A stretch of 64,000 nt of DNA from Octopus sinensis (Eukaryota), in the NCBI RefSeq assembly GCF_006345805.1, contig NC_043015.1, positions 9,424,001 through 9,488,000 on the forward strand, given 5' to 3'. The notes under the pieces are model-generated. The model did no database searches. It saw nothing but the letters and a program-made list of their open reading frames with translations, and was not told the origin of the DNA. A program made the translations under genes and the position numbers. Below, in pieces: positions 52,859 through 64,000 of this stretch (position 1 is its first letter; each line of letters starts with the position of its first letter).

Positions 52859-53316
52859 CTATGCCAAATCGCTTCATTCTGCGTGCTTTAGCTTCGTTGA
52901 AAATCTTAGCCATTTTTTCTTACTCTTATATTTATATCTTCAGTCACCAACTATATCAATTCCTAACAATCTTTCCAATTGCCACTAAATATTTCTTCTT
53001 TCTTTATCTTATATGGTTTGCGGGCAAAGCAACCTGAAACTAATCAGCTCATCTACTGTTAAGTCTGTTTCATGGGTAAACACTTCTCATTAAAGTCTTT
53101 GATAGTATAATAATCATGTAAGTGTATACCCTATAGAAAAGTGCCCTTAATAATTTTACACCTTAGAGAATTTTGGGAGTAAAGGTCACTTTGCTTGTTG
53201 GTGATGCCGCTGGAGGTAAATCTAGAGATATTTTGTGAACGATAATTTTAGGTTTTTGAAGTGGAAGTTGCTTTTTTCTATATTGACATGTGAGATAGAA
53301 GGAGAATGGCTGAACC

Positions 53317-53370
<54 letters not shown>

Positions 53371-53714
53371 ATGTAATATTGGTATTTGTAGTAGAGGTAG
53401 TATTGATAGCAGTAGTAGTAGTGACAGCATCAAAGGCAGCAGCAGCAATAGTAGTGGTAGTATTAGTAGTAGTAGTAGTAGTAGAGGTAATATTGGTATT
53501 TGTAGTAGAGGTAGTATTGGTAGCAGTAGTAGTAGTGGCAGCATCAACCGCAGCAGCAGCACTAGTAGTAGTAGTAGTAGTAGAGGTAATATTGGTATTT
53601 GTAGTAGAGGTAGTATTGGTAGTAGTAGTAGTAGTAGTGGCAGCATCAACCGCAGCAGCAGCACTAGTAGTAGTAGTAGTAGTAGTAGAGTAGTAGTAGT
53701 AGTAGTAGTAGTAG
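53317..53714. repeat. Compound minisatellite embedded in (GTA)n
   Basis: Three units starting GTAATATTGGTATTTGTAGTAGAGGTAGTATTG at 53373, 53487 and 53586. Confidence 0.95.
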
Positions 53715-56449
53715 CAGACTGTGGTTGAAGTGAATTCTGACCTCTCAATTATAGTAATTGTGCTGGAGAATCAATACCTACTACGGTAAGTTTGTGTGGA
53801 ATTAGAAGAGTTGGTGAAACCAAAAATGCTATTTGCTGCTGGCTACCAGGTTGTTGAGGTGAGCCCTGACCTGATGCCTTTGGGTTAGCACGTGCTCTAC
53901 ATCCATGGACCATTATAGCTTCTAGAATATAATTTTAGATTTACTATGGTTCCTTTTAAATATCTATGGGCCTAATCTTCCCCACCCCTTTTCTATGTGT
54001 ATGTCACTTCCTACCATCATAATTACTTCAATTATAAACATTTATATCGAAAATTATTTTTATATCTATATTATGTGGCTGTGGGCAAAATCTATCATGG
54101 CTTAGTTAGCGATTCTCTAGCTGCTATGCTTATTGTCATTCTATTTCATTTAAAACGTTAGAACCACTCTTGACTTAGATAATAACAGACTTCATTACTG
54201 TATTGTAATTCACAACAACTTCGGCTACCTTGTGAACTAAACAACACCAACCCCTTAAAGTATAGCCTAGCGTAAAGCACTAAAGATCAAAATCTCTAGT
54301 TCGCTTCAAATGCCCGCAGTGGTAACGTCTTGAATAAGCTGCATAAATACCGATGCTCTAGATAAATTTGGAATGCAATTGAACCAATAGTTGCAACTGG
54401 ATGCCACATCTTAGAATACCTATGCAGTATAAACGAGTGTCAGACAGAGATTCAAAGTGAATATATTATACAAAATAATTTGTATTTTTAATGTCATCAA
54501 TATACACTCTGTGTAATATATAAAATACGAAGAAACGAAACCAGTATCTGCCTGCCAGCCAAAATGGCTCAATGGATTTTCATGTTAAACAGTTTAACAT
54601 TTTCCATATTATTCAATGTCGTTAGCCAGAACATGGATTATATTAGAGTATATGAATGATATCAGTCTGGATTCATATTCTGATTCATTTACGCTAAATA
54701 TTGTAGCAGGAAGACCGTTCTTTCCCAATTATAATAATTTTAATTTTATATTTGACATCTAATTATTTCGTTGCATAATAATGCCCATTTGCTTAGTAAA
54801 TATCGCTTTCATTATTTTATCACAGTCATAATCTGTCATTTTTAAACAAACATCATGGTAATCCAGCAACAGAGGGATAAGCAGTATGTGAAGTTTTACC
54901 TTCCACTCAAAGCAACATAGAGATCTCAATTCAGCAGCCCATTAGTAGGCTTTGCAGTGTGTGCGAAAGATAGATAGAGAGAGTGGGGGAGACAGAACAT
55001 TGCAAACAATGAATGACGTTAATATGAAATGAAAAAATCGCATACATTTAAGTGCATTACTACTTGCGTATACGCTTCAGAATTTGTTTGTATCATAACA
55101 TACAGAAAAATGGATAATTCTTATCCAAATTTTCTACAAATACCGCTTACATGTTTTGGCTTTATGGAAATATATATAGAGATTTATGGGAAAGAATATT
55201 TCCGAGGGTGGAGAGATGAGAGTCCCGGAAAATTCAGACGATTTGTATTTTTCCTCTCATAATTTTCAGGAAGATGGGCATCATTTAATGAAAATATATA
55301 CAAATCAATATCAAACGGCATAGACTACGATTATAAAGGTGAACATTTCTTCCGGGATTTTCCTAATTTTTTTAAAAACCACAGCCTTCGAAATGATGGG
55401 GCTGGGGGGCGGCGCTTTTGTATGAAAAATGTTTTGAAAACTCTTTTTTCCACCCCCTCCTTCACCATTCCACTCCGGTGATATTTTAGCCAAATTTTTG
55501 TTGCACTTTCAACAACTGGTATTATTTTAGTAGGTAAAAGGGACTGATTTAAGGACGATTTGTCAGTTATTTCTAGCACATCCAAAGACAACCCTCCTCG
55601 TTTCTTTATCATTCTCGCATGTATTGATGTGTATCAATATTTTCCCCTATAAATCCATTTATAAGCTATAAAATATAGAATTTGTGATATTGTGTATGTT
55701 TTGAATCCCACCTACTGTTCCGATGCCTCTACGTAACGATATGAAGGGCGGGTTAGTTTTAGAGTTAGTTAGAGTATGAGCTAGGGTGTCATTTAAAATG
55801 TTTAGTACGTAAGACCTGCATTTAAGTAGTACCGTTAAATGACCTCTGTATTTAAGTATTTCCAGTTTCACGTCAACATTAAAATTTCATTTTGTGTGAA
55901 AATATTCTCTTCGCGTTGAAACAGCCACCTGTTCACTGACAAAGCTTCATAAAAGGGATGCAGCACGGAGTTTTGTTAGAGATCACATGCACAAAGACAC
56001 ACATACACACATATGCACACACATTCATTGCCTTTCAATTGTGTGTATGTGTATCTATATGTGTGCGCGTCACTGTTAAAATCGCTCGTGTAACTTGTTG
56101 GCGTATATATTGGCTTCGTTTGGAAACTGTGAATAAGTTGCAAGTTTCGAATACTTGCCACTAACGTTTTTCCTCTCATCTTCTGATAGTAATTATCCAA
56201 CTTTCTAGACTCTTCTCACAGATATCCCGCGTTCAAAAATCATACGGGTATTTAAAAATAATTAATTCAATAAATAATGTTTTTACATTAAGTATACATT
56301 AATAGAATAAACTATCGGTTTTCCAAATAGCAAATTAAAACTTAAAAGGGAAACAGAGAATTTGCAAATGAAAATGGAATACGCTGCACTAAATGCAATG
56401 AATATTTAAAGTTACAAGAAATTGGGGTTTAAAAAATTCAATAAACTTG

Positions 56450-58030
56450 AGAAATCCAATTTTACGAGTGTTCTTAGAACATTCGTAGTTCGGTTGTCAG
56501 TAATGTCAGTTACAATTGTATTATTTTGCAGCTGTTATATTACCGTTACTTCACTGTTGTCGTTTCGTTTCGGTGTTCTTTGAACACTTTGCGAATTGTT
56601 TGTGCTGCCCTGCGGCAGATTGTTGGTGCTTCCCGTCCTCATAGACGAGGTTCGGCCTGGTGAATACGATGTTGTATGAAGACATCAGCAATACGGAGCT
56701 GTCACCGTCGGAAGAAGACTTGCTGCGCACGATTGAGAAAACGGATCAGAAAATGGGAAGAGAGAAGAGTAACTTCGCAGGAAGATGAAATTAATCTTGG
56801 GGAACTAACTGGGGAAATATTAAAAATTGCTAATTCGCGAATTATTTAATGCTGAATTGTCTCCCCACCCCCACAAGAAATGGTCAATGACAGAAAAGAA
56901 CGTACGAAGGAGTACATGACGTATGTAGTGGTTGCCACCAAAATAGACATTATGTCCACAACCCAAATACAGACAGCACCAAAGCCGATCTGGAAAAGAG
57001 ATTAGATATCTTGCCAGAGAGGTCAAGGAGAGAACAGAAGAGGTGCGATTTAGGGATGCAACAACAGCAACGAAGCACTCGGCAACCCCCGAAAAGAGTA
57101 AAGAAATAGTACTTTTTCCAACATACCTCGAAAGTCGTGCTTCCGGGATAAGGGTAGAAGGTAACCACCTGGTGTCGATTTGGCCTGGATAGCAGCCACT
57201 ATCTTACACGGGAAAGAGAAAGAGATAGCGGTTCTCCAGTTCACAAAAACGGGAAGTAGGCACTGGAAAGGCCAGAACATGGACATGATCATCCAGGGTC
57301 GATCGAAACCATCGAGAATCTCACAGAAGCAATATCATTGGATGACGCGATGATGAGGGTTAAGGTGGAAAGCGGGATCCCTCCATGCTTTAAGTGTGGT
57401 CTGAAAAGCCGCATTAGAGCGGACTGCCCTTGGCCACCCAGGAAGTCAGAAGAGCCCAAGGAGGAACCGACGAGAGGGTATGAGGTAATACCACCGGCGA
57501 AAGAGCAAAGAAAAGATGAAGAAACTGACAGCGAATGGGAGACGGCGGGAGGGAGAAGTGGAATGAGGGAAGGAAAACTAGCTCAAATGGACACAGGCCC
57601 CCAACCAACAATCACCCAACACCCATCCACACTCAATTCGTCCCACCCTCCCCTACAGAGACCAAATCTCCCCACTTCCCTCTGACACAAAAAATTTTTA
57701 AGTCATACAGAAGCCCCCAAACTTCCCCTCCTCCGGCAAAAGGGATAAACAATTACTCATGTATGATTATTCGAACAAGGAAATGTATGAAGAGATACAA
57801 ACACAGCCAGATGTAATGGTTGTAGACACAAAAAGATGTGATAATATTAAAGGAAAGTATTGCTGCATACTACTAACACGATTAATAAATTATGAATACG
57901 GATACCAATGTTGGAAGGTGGATATAGATATCGACCAGTTACCATGTTATAAAGAGTACTTAGAATTGCTACAGAAACATAAAGTTGATATTTTAGCTGG
58001 AACAAAGTATAAAAGTGTAAAAAAAGGTGT
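56450..58030 (+). mobile_element. LINE-like element with decayed gag-like ORF1 and no ORF2 (copy 1)
   Basis: Disrupted ORF from ~56670 (MLYEDISNTELSPSEEDLLRT..) containing VKVESGIPPCFKCGLKSRIRADCP, a CX2CX4(H to R)X4C knuckle. No endonuclease or RT sequence follows. Confidence 0.7.
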
Positions 58031-58129
58031 AAAGAAAGCCGAGGAGCTTCATTGCATTTTTTATTTTCCTTTTTCATTATTCCAACTTGTTTGTGTACTT
58101 TTATTAAAATTTTTGCTTTGTTACTTACT

Positions 58130-59020
58130 CCTAGTTGGAGATAAAAAATCATTTTCTTCGAACATTCATAGTTTGGTCGTCGATAATGTGAGTTATAATT
58201 TTGTTATTTGACTGCTGGTACTTTACCTATTTCTTTATTACTCACAAGGGGCTAAACATAGAGGAGACAAACAAGGACAGACATAGGTATTAAGTCGATT
58301 ACATCGACGCCAGTGCGTAACTGGTACTTAATTTATCGACCCCGAAAGAGTGAAAGGCAAAGTCAACCTCGGCGGAATTTGAACTCACAACGTAACGACA
58401 AGCGAAATACCGTTAAGCATTTCGCCCGGCGTGCTAACGTTTCTGCCAGCTCTCCGACTGCTGGTACTTTACCGTTACTTTGCTGCTGTCGCTTTGTTTC
58501 TGTCGTTTTGCTGTTGTCGTTTTGAATATTCTGTGAATTGTTTGTGCAGCCCTGCGGCAGCTTGCTTCCCCACCTCATTGATGAGAGTAGGCCTAGTAAA
58601 TACGATGTCGGACAAAGACATCATCTATTCGGAGCTATCGTCGTCAGAAGAGGAATTGCTGCCCACGATGGAGGAAATGAGCGCGAAATTGGGAAGAGAG
58701 AAGGGAAACTTCGCAGGAGTTACGAAATGCCAGGAAGACGAAATTAATCTTGGAGAACTGGGAAAATATTAAAAAATGCTGAGTCGTAAAAGATTTAATT
58801 TTGAAATCTCCTCCGCGACCACAACAAAAAAATGGTTAATGACAGAAAGGAAAGTACCATTGAGTACATGACTTATGCAATAGTTGCTGCAAAAATAGAC
58901 GTTATGAATACAGATCTCGCAAGAGATTACATATGTGACGGTAGAGATGAAGTTTAGGGAGGTAGTAAAAGCAAGGAAGAACTAGGCAACACCCGTAAAG
59001 TGTGAAAAAGTGGTACTTCT
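58130..59020 (+). mobile_element. Second, 3'-truncated copy of the same element, interrupted by a SINE
   Basis: 58160-58227 plus 58474-59020 aligns with ~56475-57120 (for example GAATTGTTTGTGC..CCCTGCGGCAG and GAAATTAATCTTGG). Confidence 0.8.
58228..58455 (-). mobile_element. SINE family 1 with perfect TSD
   Basis: GACTGCTGGTACTTTACC occurs at 58210-58227 and 58456-58473; the first few bases may belong to the SINE head. Confidence 0.93.
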
Positions 59021-60835
59021 ACTCACATACATACATACATACATACACACACATATATATATTCACGCAGATATACGTATGTGGGTGTGTGTGTCTTTCT
59101 GTCTGTGTTTATCATGAGACATATATTAATATGCAATAATTCGGAATTGATTGATGCAACGTATATCCATTGTTTTCTTTATTTTTGCCAAAATTTATGT
59201 TTGTACCGCGGAGACCTTCAGCATTTAATTTTATTATTCAATATCATAGAGTCCGACGAAGAGATTCCTATGACTGTTACATTTTATAATATCGATTCTT
59301 TCTCGTGTGCAAATCCACAAGTGATTTCTAAAATACAATTCAATCAATTCTGCACAAATTAGTAATTTAGCTCTTTCTTTCCTTAGAGAGATGAGTTTCG
59401 TTTCAAAGCCTAACTTTGCTAGATTTAAGGTATGTAAATATTTTCCGTCTCTTTTTTTGATATGTCACTATTTTACGGGCACGCGTAAATTAATAAATGG
59501 CGAAAAGTCAATAAAGCTATAACGTTCACATATTTCCAAAATATCGAAATGAATAACACGTATTGAGCGGAATAACATTCTACGAATGCAGAACCCAATA
59601 TAGGTATGATTATCTATAACAATAAATGGAATGTCTGTATGTTTGTGAATTTGTTACTTTCACTCCTTCTAGACTATCCAACAGACCTCGGTGAAACTCG
59701 TCACATGTGTGGAATGTATGCATATGTTGTCACTTACGCACTTGGAGATTTTTTTTAAAAATCACTTTTTAATCAGTATCGACTCATCAAATGTCGTACA
59801 ATTTCGGCATTTTTCGTACTAGCCATCGGGACATCGAGTTGATGAAAAATGCGGATACTTTACGAGAAATTTTTCACGGGTATAAAGAGAGAGGGAGCTT
59901 ATTAAATGTACTCTATTTATCGTTTGCTAATTCATTTCAATGCGAACTGTTTTGATTTGCTAAGACTTATTTTTTTCAATTCTCTGTTTTAATTCTCCAG
60001 CATTTCAGCTTTTTTATTAGGTAAGACCATTTATCTCTCAAGCACAATTTAGGCATTTCGGACAGTTGCCACGTCACATCAATTTGACGAAATATGTTTC
60101 AAAGCATAAAATTTCGCCATGTTACGCACATGCACAAAAATGATGATGTCACGGGTTCGCTACCAGACTTTGCTGATTTTTTTTCGACATATTAGTCCTA
60201 TCCATTAATATAAAGTTTAAAATTTTGAAACATTTCCAAAGTTGACAAAAAATTGCTTCATGGCTACAAACAGCGATTTTATAACCGGTAATTACCTCAG
60301 TTAGTTACATATAAACAGATATACACAACTTTCGTCTATACGTTATGTTCACATTAAGCATAAAATACAACGAATGTTAATGTGATTTTCTTAGTAAAGT
60401 GTTTCCACTATGTCGGAACATATTCTTACTTTTAATACGCAAACAAAGGATCGTACAATATTTATATACCTATTCTTGTTATGCGAAAAAGGTGCGTATT
60501 TCATTCGGTAGTCGTCCTAAAGGGAATTTACCAAATTTACTACTGCTCCTTAATTTTCTGGTAATTAAGTCTTCACAAACATAATGAAGTAAATAAAAGA
60601 CAGATGAAATGATGAAATCAGGGGACTCAAATGAAGAGGGAAGGGAAGTTGAGTGAAGCGAGAAGACTAATTCCTTTTCACGGCAAATGCAGGGGTCTGG
60701 ATGCCCCCTGTACAAAGACGGTCCGAACAAAGATAGGTGTTGCAATGAATGACCGGTAGAGTGGAAATGGCGCGAGACCGGGATATATATGTATATACAT
60801 ATGTATGTATATATATATATATATTATATATATAT

Positions 60836-61090
<255 letters not shown>

Positions 61091-61865
61091 AAATACATAT
61101 ATATATTTATATGTATATATGTATGTATTTTATGTTGTTATTTTATCAAATCCAAATGCTTGGTCATAATTTACACATAAATATCCCTTGCAACCAACTG
61201 GCAAAACCATTAGTCTTAGAGATATGTTCAATTACAGCATTGGTATGTGATTGTTTCATTTCTGATTTTAAATCGTGTTAAGGCAATGCTTCTTGTGAAA
61301 ATAAAAGACTATTGCAGCGAAGGAGATTGGCAGAAGTACCGAAAAACGTGGGAAACTTCCACTTGATAGGATTTCATAAAAATCCGGCTGGAATTACCCA
61401 ACCTAATGTGAAGAAATTATCTGAATTTGTCTGAAATGAGACAGAAATGTATAAAAATAGAACTGCGTAAAAAATTTATATTTCAATTTCTAAATATGAA
61501 TTCCTACAAATAAACATAACGATTTTACAGGAATTCTACGAGAGCCTTACTTCACCCAAAAGCGTACATACAGTAAACAGTAAAAGAATCACCAAAATGA
61601 TTTAATCATAAGTTTAGTGCGAACGTGCAATCTGAACGTATAAATTCTCCGCTATCTCTTTCGTTTTGTTCATGAATACCACTCTCTATATTTGCATATG
61701 TGTCTATTAGAAACATATCCTTGGACACATAAATGTGTGTTTATGTGTGTGTTTCCGTAACAGATTACTTATCTGTGACTAGCATTATATTTAATAAAAA
61801 GACATTCGCGTAGATTTATCGTGACACAATATTCTTCAGCGTTGCATGATATACGCGATCGTTTA

Positions 61866-61944
<79 letters not shown>

Positions 61945-62014
61945 CGTATTATATATATATATACATATATATATGTATCTGCATGTATATATATATATAT
62001 ATATATACATATAT

Positions 62015-62076
<62 letters not shown>

Positions 62077-64000
62077 AGTGCTATCACATCATAAATTGAA
62101 ATGTCACATATATATCATAATGCTAGTGGTTATAACAAACATCTGTCTTTACTTTTTCAATATCATTTCAATTCATATATTACACGTAGAGATACGGTTT
62201 ATTATTACAAATATGATATATCCAGCTGCACATAAGTTCAAGCGAAATGTATCAATAAATTTTACAGAAAGCATTATTAACCATGTTTATTTGGAATTGA
62301 AATCTCAATAAGGTGTAGGACATTTTTAGCAGATTGCTATAAACTCATATCTTTCAAGAAAAATTAAAAAATAAGAGTATATAAAAAACGGTTTTCCTTA
62401 CATTTTTTTTCGTTTTCGTGTTTATTAGAATGCATATGTTTAAACCTGTAGAGAATTGAAAGGGAATACGAAATTCAAGATTCTTTTTCTCGATTGAAAC
62501 CTGATTATCTTTATAAGCTTAGTGTTTGAATTTTTTAATGTGAAAATATAATATAGGAAATCAATCTAATGTTCCTACTAGTCTATCAAAATTCCTTAAA
62601 TCCATATTACATATCGGACTGAATACTGGGCGTCGGATATACATATTTTATATGAAACATGTCCGAAAATGTCGACCAGTATATCATCAATTCTCTCAAC
62701 TTCTCTTCTCATTCAAACTTCTTGATTTTAGATGATACTAGGTATTTTTCACTGCAGACATTCTGCAAGTTTCTACAAATTTTTACTTGTCTTTTCTGTT
62801 TTTTATCAACTTAGATCCGCCAGTTTTCTATAAAATCCCAATAGGTAAATGTCATTTTCTGCTGAATAAAAGAAAAAAGAAAATAATATTTTTTTTTAAT
62901 ATATAACACAGCCCTCTGGATGAATTCGATTTACGTACTCTTCACAAAGAGTTTCAAAACACTCCACCTAGCCGTTCATAGTGAAATATGCAGCTTATGC
63001 TATCTTCACTGATTTTCATTGCAGCTAATCCATCTTAAACGTGAAGCTCTACTTATACCCGATAATCACTAGATATATTGTGTCGGACAATTTTCGCACT
63101 TGAGATAGCCAAATTATTTACTACACCTACAACGATAATCTCCTCACCAATTCGACTATATTCAGACCATTTTGACCAAGGACATCCTATCCGTCTAGGG
63201 TCTTTTCTTTCGCATAGTTCTATCCAACTGTCACAATTTCCTATTGCCATAAAGTTAGCTCTGTGACGTTCATCGTGCTTTATATTTTGCTGCTGAACGT
63301 AATGTCAGAAATCCTAGCCGAACACCAATGTGATGCACTTCTAATCACATTTTATTCCATATTCAAGTAAGAAAAATATACATCAATATAAATTTTAAGA
63401 CTGTATTATATTCACCATTCCCGTCAGATAATAGTTTGATGAGAAGTTGTAAAAATGTTTGGTGTGGGTGTTTATTTGAAATTCATCATTATTTCCGATA
63501 TATTTACTGCAGAGCCATGAATTGTTTAATGACAGATATCATTCAGATCTATTGGTGCTTACGATTCACAAATTGGTTCACTCTACGTCGCTATTAATTT
63601 ATACATATATATATTCAGAAAAAAAAAACTGTCACAATGAACATCAGCTTTGTTTGAAAAGTATGAAGCAAGGTTAAATCTCACAAATTGTAGCAGTATA
63701 TGATATTTTATTATGCTACAGACACCGTAACATTCTGTGCTGAAAGCAATCGGTAGGAATTTCGTTATTACTTCTTATCATGCATTACACAAGTAAATCT
63801 ATGTTGTTTGTTTTTTTTTCTAAATTTGCTTTCGTTATATTTCATTAATTTTACAAAAATATTTACTTCTTCTTTAGATGTGTTAAGTGCTGATACTTCT
63901 CTGTACAGTTATACTTTTCTCTTACTTGTTTGTGTCATTTGAATGTGATCATGCTGGAGCACCACCTTAAGTTAATTCAGTTATATGCAAACATATATGA

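Overview
AT-rich, microsatellite-dense eukaryotic DNA with no host protein-coding gene, rRNA, tRNA gene or CRISPR array that I can support. The SINE and repeat families match my recollection of Octopus (cephalopod) repeats, so the taxon is an inference, not a database result. The window is a transposon graveyard. It holds at least five distinct Tc1/mariner remnants (one tandemly duplicated, one rebuilt with long inverted arms) and 3' fragments of CR1/L2-, RTE-, R4/Dong- and L1/Tx1-type LINEs. It also has a tandem pair of gag-like ORF1-only elements, about 14 tRNA-derived SINE copies from several families (two with clear target-site duplications) and many (TA)n/(ATT)n/(CA)n tracts. The most interesting signal is three unrelated, near-perfect fold-back elements (17.7, 21.1 and 27.8 kb) next to (TA)n tracts. 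Each is built around a complete or half minimal type I hammerhead-ribozyme motif of the kind known from Penelope-like elements, and the fold-back turning point lies in or just next to the ribozyme. Most ORFs in the supplied track are microsatellite translations. Some duplications differ only by 1-bp indels and may be assembly artefacts. All family assignments are by eye and recall.
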